Source of the DNA: Mobula hypostoma
Lineage: Eukaryota
DNA: 64,000 nt
NCBI RefSeq assembly: GCF_963921235.1
Contig: NC_086097.1
Span: 59,398,001 to 59,462,000, forward strand
Reading direction: 5' to 3'
The translations under genes and the position numbers were made by a program. Positions 49,387-62,534 of this stretch are shown here, piece after piece; positions within the stretch are counted from its first letter, which is position 1; every line of letters begins with the position of its first letter. The notes under the pieces were generated by a model. The model was not told where the DNA came from and searched no databases. It was given only the letters and a program-made list of their open reading frames with translations.

Positions 49387-52300
49387 TGTAGGGTAATGTA
49401 ATTGGTGGATATGTATATAATTCACAACCAATTACATTGATTTGGGGTTTCACTTTAAGAGATTGGTCTAATGTAAAAATGCAATAATGTAAAGGGTTTT
49501 TAATGCACCTTGTGTACAGGTTTTAGGAATTCAATAAAATGTGTTACACTTTTGTCTGAAACATAAAATACCTCATTTAATTGTAATTATGAAAACCTAT
49601 GCTGCTCTAGAATGATTCCAGAGTTATTAAACCTGTTAGTCAATGCGGTCGCTTTGAAAATGCCAAAATTTTGGGAGCAAAATGCCGTCACTTGGTTTGT
49701 CCAAGCTGAGGCCCAATTCACGCTGTGAGAAATTACCACTGACAACACCAAATATTTCTATGTGGTGGCATTGCTCAGAAACTCGATAACTGTGAGAGAG
49801 GAGACTCTACTAGAATATCTGCCCGGACACGATAAATACTAATCAGTGAAAACTCATCTTTCACAGACGTTTGGATTATCAGAGTTCGGGCACACTAAAC
49901 AGTTGCTCTGGCCTCGGCGATGCTCGACCTTCAGAGCTAATGGACCAGATGCTCTCTTTCCTGGGAGATCACCATACTTCTGTTATTTTTAAAGAACTCT
50001 TCATGCAGCAAATGCCTGATCAAGTTAGCTTAGCCCTCACTCATCCCCAAGTCCAATGGTAGTTGCCACCCACGTGGCAATTACCAACGCATTTCCCAGT
50101 CACCACCTCCCGATCGTTACCTGGACCCACGCATCCAAGACTTTTCGGCTCATATATCCAGAAAGTTAATTTTTTCCAAAGGCGATCTTGTTAGGGGCTA
50201 TCATCAGGTGCCTGTGTGCTCAGAGGACCTTCACAAAATGGCTGTGATAACTCCATTTGGCCTCTTTGAGTTTCTGTGTACGGCGTTTGGGCTGACAAGT
50301 GCAGCACAGACTTTCCAATGGCTTATGGACTCTGTATGAGAGGACTTAGATTTTCTTTTTGTTTACCTGGATGACAAGCTTGTCATCAGTGCATCCAAAT
50401 CCATGCACATATCTCATCTCTGCACACTTTTCAAGCACTTAAGCCAATAGCAGGTTGATTATTAACCCTGCTAAATGCCAGTTTAGGTTGTCAACCATTG
50501 ACTTTCTTGGCTATCATATCTCTACAAAAAGTGTGAATCCCACCCTTCAAAAGTAGCCGCTATTATGGATTTCCCACCACCCTGCACTAGAAGAAACTAC
50601 AGGAGTTTTTAGACATGGTGAATTTCAATCACTACTTCATTCTGCCAGCTGCTGAACTTAAGCATCCTTTGTATAGTCTGCTTAGAGATAATACCCATAA
50701 TCCTGTAATTGACTGGTCAGTGACTAAGACCAAGGCATTTGATGATACCAATAAGCTCTTTTAAATGTGACCCTACTGGTGCACCTGATCCCCAATGCAC
50801 ACATAGCCATAACGATTGACACATCAGACTATGCTGTCGGTGCTGTGCATGAACAGTTGGTCAGAGGCGTATGGTAGCCATTCTCCTTCTTCAGATGGCA
50901 GCCCCAAAAGGAAATACAGCATTTTTGTCCATGAGCTTCTCTGTCTTTTTGGAAGTGTGTCAGTTTTGCTTTCTTCCAGAGGGTCACAATTTCACAGTAT
51001 TTGTTGACCACAAACCCCTCATGCGTGGCTGGTTGCCTTTCGCAGCCAGTTGTTGAGGCTGTACACATAGGGGATGACTATGCCGGCATGGCAACAGACC
51101 AAGCTACTGACCCAGGGGTCCAAGCTTAACAAACAGCTGTTATGGATTTGCAGTTGGCTTACACTAAGTTCAAAGAAGCTGGGGTTTCTCTCCTGTGCAA
51201 TGTCTCAACCAGTCACCCTTGCCCTAAGCTGGAGACAGACTGTGTTCGACTCCACACATGACCTCTCGCATCCGGGCCGGAAGCCTCACAGAAGCTGATT
51301 GTAGTAAAGTTTTTGTGGCACAGCCTTAGAAAGGAAATGTGTATTGGACTGCAGCTTGTGTTGAGTGCCAGCGGGCAAAAAGTAACCATCATGTTCAGGT
51401 GCCATTGGCACCTTTTGAGGTCCCTGAGTAATGATTTGACCATGTCAATGTAGACCTTGCTGCTCCTCCTCCCCGCTGCTTCACGCACCTCCTTACCATG
51501 GTGGACCGTACCACCAGGTGGCCAGAGGTTGTCCCTCTAGCATCGATGATGGCTGCAGGCATGACTTAGGCATCCATCAGCATCAGGGTTAAACATAAGA
51601 ACATAAGAAATAGGAGCAGGAGTAGGCCATCCGGCCTATCGAGCCTGCCCCGCTATTTAATAAGATCATGGCTGATCTATCCATAAAGTCAGCTCCATCT
51701 ACCCGCCTTTTCCCCATAACCCTTAATACCCTTACTATGTAAAAACACATCTAACTGTTCTAATTGCTCAGTTTGGCACCCATCTGATATTTTCTCTGAC
51801 TGTAGTTCCCAAATCATAACAGAACTCTGGGTTATGATGCCCCAGAACCTTGGCATTAGACTATATCACACCACGACATATCACCCACTGTCCAGTGGTC
51901 TATTCAAACAGTTTCACCGCTCATTAAAGGCTGCTGTGAGGGTTTCCCTGATGGATGAGTGTTGGCATGATCTTCTCCCATGGATCCTGCTGGGGCTCAG
52001 AACAGCTCCAAAAGAGGACCAGCAGAACTGAACTGGTATGCAGGCAACTATTACGATTGCCAAGTGATTTTATTCCTGATCTCCTGTGCAATGTCTCAAC
52101 CAGTCGCTCTTGTCCCATAGTGCCTGCAAACTGGAGACAGACTGTTTTTGACTCCATACCTGACCTCTTGCATCCGGGCCAGAAGCCTCACAGAAACTGA
52201 TTGTAGTAAAGTTTTTGGGGCACAGCCTTAGAAAGGACACGTGTGATTGGACTGCAGCCTGTGTGAGCCGATCAACAATATTCCATTGCACCCATTCAAT

Positions 52301-52949
52301 TCCTTCGCACCCACTCCTACCTCCCATCATGGCATATAGCACTCTTGGGTTCCTGTTGACCTACATTCCACCTCATTTCTTTTCATTTGTCATGATGCAC
52401 ACCAACATCCCCTTTGACCCCCCCCCCTTACGATGGCCCGTTCCGTGTTTTGGAACAGGGAGAAAAGACTTTTATCGTAGATAGGAGGGGTAAGCCTGAA
52501 TGCGCTTTGGTATATCTCCTTAAATCCATCAACAAAGTTTTGGAGGATTCTGCTACCATGTCCTTGCCATCAGAACAAGACCATGAGTGTGTCAACACAC
52601 TACTGGATGAGTCTGAGGCAGCTGCTGTTCCTCCACCCACGGAACACGGTACCCAAGCTGGGCGGCTTGTCTGAGCTCCTGACAGTCTCACCTTACTGGT
52701 TTTAGTGAATTCTGGGGCGGGGGTGGAGAGGAGCCTGTGTAGGATAATGTAATTGGTGGAAGTGTACATAATTCACAACCACCAACATTGAGTTTGGGTT
52801 CCCTTTAAGAGGTGAGTCTGCATAATGACATCATTACTTAAAGGGTTTTTAGTGCACTTTGTGTTCAGGTTTCGGAGTTCAATAAAATGTGTTATGGTTT
52901 TTTCTGAAACATAAAATGCCTCACTTTGTTTTATTTGCGAAAACCTGCA
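49387..52949 (+). mobile_element. Ty3/Gypsy LTR retrotransposon, decayed
   Basis: ~212-bp LTRs (49387-49601, 52738-52949), perfect 4-bp TSD ATGC, G-rich PPT at ~52713-52733; gag AVALKMPKFWEQNAVTWFVQAEAQF, RT DLVRGYHQVPV...AVITPFGLFEF...VYLDD, RNase H D.SDYAVGAV.EQ, integrase YHPLSSGL..FHRSLK. Confidence 0.92.
51590..51760 (-). mobile_element. CR1 3' tail nested in the Gypsy integrase
   Basis: (aacataag)n tail plus ggagcaggagtaggccat...gccc. Confidence 0.8.
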
Positions 52950-53819
52950 ATGCTAAAACAGAGGTCATGAAATGCTTTTCTGGGGAGGTGCTTGATAGAG
53001 AAGGAGGGTTTACAATTTTTGGAGGCAACCTTAGGACATGGATTTTACATAGCTAATACTTGAGAAATTTGATTGTGAGATTAGTATCAGGGAATTAGAT
53101 TTCAGTAAAATGTTTTGCAAGGATATGGTGTCTCTCGATCTACTTCCTAGAGTTTTCAGGTATATTATAATACATTTTGGGTTTCCGTGAGACAGCGGGC
53201 TGGTGCTGGAAACAAGAAAAAGATGCGTGCAATTCATTTGTTCTTCTAAGAACAAAAGTTGTGAGAACAATTATCTGGCTGACAGTTCATCAACACATAA
53301 ATACAAATTACGATATAAGATATAAGTCACTCAGTTGTGTTCATAGCATTCTTCATATGCCTGTAGGCAAGATGCTCCCTTTTATTTATAGGCAATCTTT
53401 AGATCACTACTCATTTGGAAGAAAATTGCAGGTCTTGGTGGAAAGAGGGAATAGAGCAAATAGTAGGACTAAGTGAATATTCCCATCACTGAGGTGACAT
53501 CGGCATCCATCTGTACAGTAAGCTTCAATAGGGAATTCTAATAGTATATATTTTATAGCCTCAGCGCTGTGAAAGTACCCTTCAGATTGCTTCAGCACTA
53601 TGTAAGATTTAACTGATCACAGTGTCTCCTGTGCATTCTTCTTTTATTCTTCTTTGATCATCATAACTGCAACAATTGAAAGCTATGAAAAAAGGAAGCA
53701 TTTGGATCATTGGTCCTATTTCCTCATCAGTAGAAACTATTGATTTTTCAACAAGTGAATTAAAGTAAAGGATCAATTATCAAACAAACTCTGAGCATCA
53801 CAGAAAAATCTTTATTTCA

Positions 53820-54620
53820 TAGTTCAAAGTACATTTATTATCTAAGTATGTATGAATTATACAATCTTGAGATTCCTCTCCTTACAGACAGCCACAAAAC
53901 AAGAAACCTGAAAGAACCCTTCAAAAAAAAGTCTAACAAACACCCAATGGAGAGAGAGAGAGAGAAAAAAACACAGACTGTGCAAGAAATGGCACTCAGA
54001 ACTGAAGTGAGTCCGTAGACATGAAGCCCGGAGCAGCTGGAGCTGGTCCACAGACCCAGCGTCAGCTCATCACACAGTGGAGCAAAATGGAGCTTGCGCA
54101 GACGTGAAGCCTGGAGCAGCCGGAGCAGGTCATAGCCACAGCCTCAGAGCTGCGGAGAGCACAATAAACATCGTGGTACAGCGAGCAGAACAGGTCCGAC
54201 ACTTGCCTCCATTCCCAACCCCCTACCCTTCCAATCCATCCAGCCTGGTGTTCCCATTGTCCACACACTGGGTCATTCCTTGTACTAGGACCGGGGCCCT
54301 GTCGCTTCAATGTGCTCTGGGTCAGGACCTCGCCACCATATTTCAGACTCTACCTGACCTTTCCAAATTGGCCAAACACTTAGATTGATCCAAACTTGCT
54401 CTTGATTTCGGTGAACAGGCTCCAGAGCTCCTCCACTCTGACCTTTCTCTGCTTCACATGCCCCAACTCCATTTCGACCATACTTCAAACTGGCTCCAAC
54501 TTTGCATTGCACCCACATGCTTCGACCATCGATTCAGCCCCGCCTTTGCTCGACTCTTCATTATTTACAATGATCGCTTACCACAATTTTCCACAGAAAA
54601 ATTGTTATTAATAAAATATC
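53820..54620 (-). mobile_element. Non-autonomous LINE-tail element
   Basis: gttcaaagtacatttattat...tacaatcttgagattc...cagacagccac; same family as 63660-64000. Confidence 0.65.
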
Positions 54621-55527
54621 TAGTTGTATTTATTTGACATGGTATTTGTGAACTAGTTTTTGTTATAGGGATATTAGATATCTATGCCTACCAGGGCTAA
54701 TGTTCTGAGCAGCCAATCAGCAAAGTTATCAGTCTTTCACACTACAAATAAAGAATTTTCATGATCCTCAAAAAGATCCAGTAGGTTACTGTAGTTTTGA
54801 GCTTGATGTCTTTGGAAAGTTATATTTGATTTCTTTGTGTTTGTTAAATCTGTAGTTTAGGCTACCTTGTACATCCATTTAAAAAAAATTCCTAAACAGA
54901 CATTTCAACAGATTGATGAGGACCCAACTTTAAAACTAATCAGTCCATTCAATGCAACACTGCACAAACTCCAGCAGGTAAATAAATTACCAAAGAATGC
55001 TTCCAGGTGAAAGCAGATGATGCCAGTATCCCACAATTCTACAGACTACCTGAAGTTCACAAGCCAGGTGTCTGATTACGTCCCATCATATCACTGCCAG
55101 AAACACCAGCATACAAACTAGCAAAAGAACTTTGGAAAGGGTTAAAACACCCGGCCTGTGGCTCCCAACATTCCATCAACAGCGCACATTTCTCAGACAG
55201 GATAAAGACACAAAAATAGAAGACGACAAAATCATGTTTTCTTTCAATGTCACCGCACTGTTTACCTGAATCAACCTAGACTTGATAAGAGAAACTGTGG
55301 CAGAATTACAAACAGAAACTGAACACACAGCACAGATACTGAAACCCAACAGCACAGGTGAACCACCTTTGTCCATAAACATATTTCCAGTTTGAAGGGG
55401 GATTTATAAAAACAACTCAAAAGGAACCCCAAACAACAGGAATTCTGCAGATGCTGGAAATTCAAGCAACATACATCAAAGTTGCTGGTGAACGCAGCAG
55501 GCCAAGCAGCATCTATAGGAAGAGGCG

Positions 55528-55565
55528 CAGTCGACGTTTCAGGCCGAGACCCTTCGTCAGGACTA
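55528..55565 (-). ncRNA. Minimal hammerhead ribozyme motif
   Basis: Exact reverse complement of 55591-55628; intact core. Confidence 0.8.
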
Positions 55566-55590
55566 ACTGAAGGAAGACTCTTCCTTCAGT

Positions 55591-55628
55591 TAGTCCTGAC
55601 GAAGGGTCTCGGCCTGAAACGTCGACTG
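55591..55628 (+). ncRNA. Minimal hammerhead ribozyme motif
   Basis: tagtc-CTGACGA-aggGTCTCGGcct-GAAA-cgTC-gactg. Confidence 0.8.
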
Positions 55629-56754
55629 CGCCTCTTCCTATAGATGCTGCTTGGCCTGCTGCGTTCACCAGCAACTTTGATGTATGTTGCTCAAAAGGAA
55701 CCCCAATTGGATCACCAATATCAGGCTTTATTGCTGAGGCCGTTAGGCACTTCCAGTCCTCAAACCCAAACTCTGTGTAAGGGACGTGGATGATACCTTT
55801 CCCATAGTCAAAGGAAATGAAATAGAGAATACCTTTAACCAAATCAACATCATATTCTGTGGCATCAAGTTTACAATAGAAAAAGGAAGTAAGATCCAAC
55901 TCACCTTCCTGGATGTAATTGTTACGAGAAGGACAGACGGTACATTAGAGATATCCAACCACCAGAAGGCTACACACCAAGTATTAAACTACCTTAGCTT
56001 CACCCAGCCTGCCACAAGAAAAGCTCTATTTGCATCTTATTTAAGAGAGCACAAACACACTGCAGCACTACTCAATTTGGGCCAGGGAAGAGAAGCACTT
56101 ATTTAAAGTGCTCCAGAGCAATGTTACCCACAGAATTTCATCAGGAGATGTTTACTAAGGAGAGAAGGTCGCGCAGATGTTACCCAATGTACATGGAAAT
56201 GGGCAACCTTGCCCTTCATTGAGAACATATCAGAAATGGTAGCTGAATTGCCCGAACCTCATGGTATCACAATGATTCAGAAACCAATGGCAAGTTTAAG
56301 GAAGCTTGTCTCAAGAACCAAGGCACCATTAAAGATAACCAACAAAAGCAATGTGATGTACAGGAGCACTTGTGGAGACTGCAACAAGAACTATGTAGGC
56401 CAGGCAGGACATAAACTCTCAACTTGTTTACAGGAACGCAAACTGGCGATATGGAGACATGATTCATTGTCGCTGATCTCGGTACATGAAGACCAAAGAC
56501 ACTACTTTAACTGGGACACCACAGAGGTTCTGGCAGAGGCAATCACGAAGCATGCACGGGTATGTTTAGGAGCGTAGTTCTGTTCCGATAACTCCATAAA
56601 CAAAGATATTGAAATAGATGCCATCTACAAACCACTAAGAGCCATAGAAATGTGAGCCAATAGAATTCGAAGTGGTAGCTAATCAGGACTGAGGCACGTG
56701 AATGGAGGACGATATAAATATGAGCTGTCCCAGAGAGTAACACCAACAACTGCA

Positions 56755-56792
56755 CACTGAGGATGTCACCTCGACTGGTGATGAAACGTCTG
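56755..56792 (+). ncRNA. Minimal hammerhead motif in the 3' pLTR of the host PLE
   Basis: ca-CTGAGGA-t-gtcacc tcgact ggtgat-GAAA-cgTC-tg; stem II has 6 bp, stem I is eroded. Confidence 0.7.
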
Positions 56793-57811
56793 CAAGCTAC
56801 TTGCCAAGCCCAGCAAACACTCAGACTTTCTCTCCCATTTCCTAACTCGCTACTTGTCACTCTGCTACTCACTCTCATTCTCACCCTCCCACTCTCTCCC
56901 TCGGTCATTCACTCCCTGTGTCTCTCACTTTCTTGTTATCTTTGACCAAAAATCCAAATGATCATTGTATGACAACAAACACCTCTGTGATCCTCTGAGA
57001 GATGCAGAAGGAAATCTTCATCTTCATAGGATTGATTATGACTGAATGCAAGTTGATGTAAAACCACTGAGTAAGTTGAAAAATCAATGAAGCCTTAAAG
57101 TTTCTGAGGGTCCTTTCACTGCTGTAGACTAAAATTCTTGTCTCTACTGGGTCCGAGCTGATGGACTTGTCTTGTATATAACTGATTACATTATTAGCAC
57201 AACCAATATGATGTACCAGTGGTGTTCCCCACATTAGCAGATGAAGCTTCGAAGTAGCCTCATGATGCTTTGGTGATGGACAAAAGTCCTGATAAAAGCC
57301 CATATATGGCTTTCTTCTCTTTATCTTCTCTTGATTAAGTAACTATTGTTTCTTTTCAAGTTAATAATTCTCCAGTATTTTTCCTTGGAAAAAGTTTTTT
57401 GGTCTCCAAAACTAATCATGGAACTTGTCATTATGCCCCATGTTAAAGGAAAAAAATGGAGACTGATGCACAATTGGGCCTTCAATGGAATTTATAGGGC
57501 TAATATAAATAATGCAGCACCCCCAATATACCTGGGTTACAATGTTTCTACACATCATTCAAAATAAATCATTTTTCTTCTTAGATTTTGGGCTTTGAAT
57601 TTCTGCTTAACTTCTAGTACAAGATTTTTTTCAGCCTAAAATCCACTCCTCCTTGACGCTGATCCTAAAGGAAACTATTCTGGATCTTGATGGTCAATGG
57701 CTTAGCCTAGAATGCTAACTTTGAAGGGAACCAGCACACTGTTTCTGATTCAGTTTATTGTATGTTGGGTGTTCAATTTAGTTTTCTTCATACAGCTGCT
57801 GCTTCTTTAAC

Positions 57812-58340
57812 CACAAGACCATAAGACATAGGAGCAGAATTAGGCCATTTGGCCCATTGAATCTACTCTGCTGTTCGATCAAGGCTGATTTATTATCCCT
57901 CTCAACCTCATTCTGTTGCCTTCTCCCTGTAATCTTTACTAATCAAAAAACTATCGACATCTTTTTTAAAATATAACTAATGACTTGGTCTTTACAGCTT
58001 TCTGTGGTGATGATTTTCACAAACTAACCACCCTCTGTCTAAAGAATTTCCTCCTGTTCTAAAGGGACATCCCTCTATTCTGAGACTGTGTCCTATCTAT
58101 TATGGTCCCTCAATATTTAGTCAGCTTCAATGAGATTCATTCCCCCACCCCACTCCTCATTCTTCTAAACTCCAGCAAGGACAGGCCCAGATCTATCAAA
58201 TGCTCTTCATGCATTTACCTGTTCATTCACAGGATCATTCTTGTAAACCTCTTCTGAGCCTACTCCAATGCCAACATAAGCGCTCTTAGATATGGGGCCC
58301 CAAACTGATCACAATGCTCCAAAAAAAGTCTGGCCAATAT
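57812..58340 (-). mobile_element. CR1 LINE 3' fragment
   Basis: cacaagaccataagacataggagcagaattaggccatttggccc tail. Confidence 0.82.
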
Positions 58341-59003
58341 AACAGAGGATCAGGAATCTGGATATTTTAACAAATTCTACTTAATATTAAACAGTGTCAT
58401 AGGAAAATGTCACAGTTCAAAAATGGAATTTCAAAATTGTAGAGTGTCATGTAGAGCTGCACACTAAAAAGCAAACTAAAGGTATTCTTTAAGAGACTGC
58501 CATTGACCAGTGAGAAGCTGAAAGTTGAGCTTTATGGCATGAAAAATGAATGATGAAGCTGACTTTTTTTAATGTATTCTGAATTGCCATTGTATTGAAT
58601 TTGTCAGGGTCACTCAATTAATGGTCTGGCCTTATTATTTTAGGTCAGGATAGCAGATATAAGTTAAGTATTAATATTACACAGTCCTAGCTATGATTTT
58701 AAAGATTATTTCATAATTCAGGGAGAAAACCTTAAATGTTCATTTTCATCTGGAAGCAAGATGAGGTTTGAAGTTTGACATCTATGTATGTTACATCTAT
58801 TTGTGAGTCTTTATGATAAGAACGGTCAAACGATCAGCAGAAATGTTAATAGTCATCCAGGAAAATGTCAAATCAGCATTGTCTACCCTAAAAAGTGCTC
58901 ATCTGGGTTTTGTAAGAATCCTTTAATCTCTGAAATAATGTCCCCCTTTCCCATTCATTATTTCCCAATTAAATTATATAAGCAAACACTATTGTTCCAA
59001 ATT

Positions 59004-62000
59004 CTTACTTTTTCCATCTTTTTATTAATTTTATAATAATAAACATAACATGGAAATGGTACAAAGTTATTGGGAATACATTGTTATCATTAACATAAGT
59101 GATTATAAAGCCAGTTGACACTTAAAGGATAACGCTCCCAATCATATAGGATACAGATGAACAATATAAAACAGAGAAAAATGTCTAAAAAAAATCATGA
59201 AAAAGGAAAAAAAAACTATACCTCCCCAAAAAAAACCTAATCTAAACAGAATTAATCAACTAAACTGAAAAAAAGACATGGGCTGTTATGTAACATCATA
59301 AAAAAAAGGAAATCCTAGTGTCGAGGACGCCATTCCTCTCAACCAATATTACAAAGAAATAAAATAAGTTTGGAAAAGGTCAAATTATGTCATATGAAAA
59401 TGATGAATAAATGGCCTCCAGGTCTTTTCAAGTTTAATAGAGGTATCATAAACAACACTTCTAATCTTTTCCAAGTTTAAACACATAGTTTAAGAGAACC
59501 AATGAAATGTGATAGGAGGATTAATCTCTTTCCAATTCAGCAAAATGGATCTTCTAGCCATTAATGTAAGAAATGCAATCATCCGACGAGCTGAAGAGGT
59601 TAAGTGACTTGATTCTATCATTGGTAACCCAAAAATAGCAGTAAGTGGGTGAGGTTGTAAGTCAATATTCAAAACAGTTGAGATAATATCAAAAATATCT
59701 TTCCAATATTTTTTCAACAAAGGATATGACCAAAACATATGAGTTAAAGAAGCTATCTCAGAGTGACATCTATCACATATAGGATTTATATAAGAGTAAT
59801 AACGTGGTAATTTATCTTTGGACATATGAGCCCTGTGCACTACTTTAAACTGTATCAACATATGTTTAGCACATATAGAGGATGAATTAACTAATTGAAG
59901 AATTTTTTTCCCCATTTTTCAATCAGTACAGTGATCTTAAGTTCTCTTTCCCAATCAGTCTTAATTTTATTAGATATATCAGGACATAAATTCATAATTG
60001 TATAAATAATTGCTATAACACCTTTCTGAAAAAGATGAAAATCTAAATATTTTCCCAAAATATCCATTGAATATAAACTTGGAAAGTTAGGAGAAACTGT
60101 ATTTTAAAAGTTTCTAACCTGTAGATATCCAAAAAAGTGAGATCTAAGCAAATTATATTTATTAGATAGTTGTTCAAAGGACATAAAACAACTATACAAA
60201 AATAAATCACAAAATTGTACTATACCTTTGATTTTCCAGTCTAAATATGCTTGATCCGTAATGGAAGATTGAAAAAAGAAACTAGATATAATAGGACTTG
60301 CTAAAATAAATTGGTTCAACCCAAAAAATTTTCGAAATTGAAACCATATACGTAAAGTATGTTTAACTATTGGGTTATTCATTTGTTTATACAATTTAGA
60401 AAGAGTAAAAGGAAGCAAAGTCCCTAAAATAGAACCCAGTGAAAACCCTTGTAAAGAATTACATTCAAGATTTACCCAATGTGGACTTGAAATTACTTCC
60501 AAGTCCCATAACCAAAATTTTAAATATCGAATGTTAATTGCCCAATAGTAAAATCTAAGATTTGGGAGCGCTAACTTCACCTCTTTTTTAGATTTCTGTA
60601 AATGTCTTTTACCTAACCTAAGATTTTTGTTCTGTCATATATATGAGGAAATTTTTGAATCAACATTATCAAAAAAGGATTTCGGAATAAAAATTGGTAT
60701 CTTTTGAAATACATATAAAAATTTAGGCAAAATCATCATCTTGATAGCATTGATGCGACCGATCAGTGACAGAGACATTGGTGACCATTTAGTAAACAAA
60801 AGTTTGATCTAATCAATTAAAGGTAAAAAATTAGCTTTAAATAAATCTTTATGCTTTTTCGTGATTTTAACCCCTAAATATGTAAAAGAGTCAGTAACCA
60901 ACTTAAATGGTAAACATCCATAAATAGGAACCTGCTTATTTAGGGGAAATAGTTCACTCTTACTAAGGTTCAATTCATAACCAGAAAAGTTACTAAATTG
61001 AGCCAACAAAGATAAAATAATGGGAATTGATTTCCCCGGATTAGAGATATATAATAACAAATCATCTGCATATAATGATAACTTATGTATTTCATTTCCA
61101 CTTGTAATACCAAAAATTTTAGGTGAGTCTCAGATGGCAATTGCTAAAGGTTCAAGGGAAATATTAAATAATAATGGACTAAGAGGGCATCCTTGCCTGG
61201 TACCCCGAGATAGACGAAATAAGGGAGATCTTTGATTATTAGTGAAAACCGAAGCTACAGGGGTATGATATATCAATTTAATCCAAGATATAAATATTGG
61301 ACTACAATTAAATTTCTCGAACACGCTAAATAAATATGGCCATTCAACTCTACCGAAAGCTTTCTCAGCATCTAATGAAATAATACATTCCTGAGTGTTA
61401 AGTGAAGGAGTATAAACAATATTCATTAATCTCCTGATATTAAAAGATGAATAACAGTTTTTAATAAATCCTGTTTGGTCCACAGAGATAATTTGAGGTA
61501 ATACCTTCTCTAACCTAGTTGCTAAAATATTTGAAAACATTTTTGAATCTACATTCAAAAGAGATAATCTGTCTATATGATGCACAATCAGTAGGATCTT
61601 TATTCTTTTTAAGAATTAAAGAAATAGAAGCTTCATAAAACGATTGTGGTAATTTACCTAACCTGATTGCTTCTTTGAATATTCTAGACAACCAAGGAGA
61701 GAGAATAGAGGAAAAAGACTTAAAAAATTCCACCGTAAAACCATCAGGACCAGGTGCTTTACCGGAATTCATTGAGGAGATTACAGCTGTTATTTCTTCC
61801 TCTGTAATAGGAGTTTCTAATGTTAAACAATCTTCGGGTGATAATTTCGGAAAATTCAATTTTCTTAAAGTCATGCATGATGTTAAAATCCTGAGGAAAG
61901 TCAGAATGGTATAAAGAGGTATAAAATTCTTGAAAAGTTTTGTTTATCTCGTCATGATTAACTGTCAAAGTATCATCATGTTTACGGATCTTAATAATTT

Positions 62001-62173
62001 GACGATTAACTGAAGTAGTTTTCAGTTGATTAGCTAATAATTTACCCAATTTATCACTATGAATATAAAACTCACTTCTAGTTTTCATTAATTGATTTTC
62101 AATCGAGGATGTTAATAATAAACTATGTTCCATTTGGAGTTCAACTCTCTGTTTATAAAGCACCTGTTTATAA
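59004..62173 (-). mobile_element. L1-clade LINE, 5'-truncated ORF2 (RT + cysteine-rich domain)
   Basis: GKAPGPDGFTVEFFK, LSLLNVDSK, ISLDAEKAF.RVEW, RGTRQGCPLSPLLF, YLGVKIT, LALPNLRFYYWA, CDRC...LTHMFWS; 14-bp TSD tattgttccaaatt (58990-59003, 62174-62187). Confidence 0.93.
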
Positions 62174-62534
62174 TATTGTTCCAAATTAAAGCTTGTGGTA
62201 GGTGCTCTTCCTCCCAACCTTAGTGAATAGCTTACTATCTTTCATACTTATTGTTTAAAAAACTGGAAATATTTCTGAAAGCTGAAATAGAAAACATCCA
62301 CAGAAAAACTTCATTTCATGTAACAACATTCTTCATATTAATTGATTTCTTTCCTTGTTATTCGAACTTCTGTCACCATACACTAGAAGTAACTAGACAC
62401 ATTAAACATTCCTTAAAGCATAACAGTGCTAGAACAACAATTATCATCCATGGCCCAATTTCACATAGACGACAGCAGATATGACAAGCATAGCTCTTTG
62501 AAGAGTACACGGTTTCTTCTCTTGAAGACATTTA

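Larger units (their letters stand above)
55433..55689. mobile_element. Fold-back PLE pLTR insertion (perfect palindrome)
   Basis: 113-bp perfect arms at 55465-55577 and 55579-55691; 17-bp TSD ctcaaaaggaaccccaa (55416-55432, 55690-55706). Confidence 0.92.
54890..56820 (+). mobile_element. Penelope-like element (RT + GIY-YIG), decayed and 5'-truncated
   Basis: PQFYRLPEVHKPGV*LRPIIS..TPAYKLAK, SFNVTALFT, GTPIGSPISGFIAE, VDDTF, LTFLDV and GIY-YIG NVMYRSTCGDCNKNYVGQAG. Confidence 0.92.

Noticed and set aside
55513..55899. 128-aa minus-strand ORF
   Set aside because: Antisense read-through of PLE RT and the palindrome; not a gene
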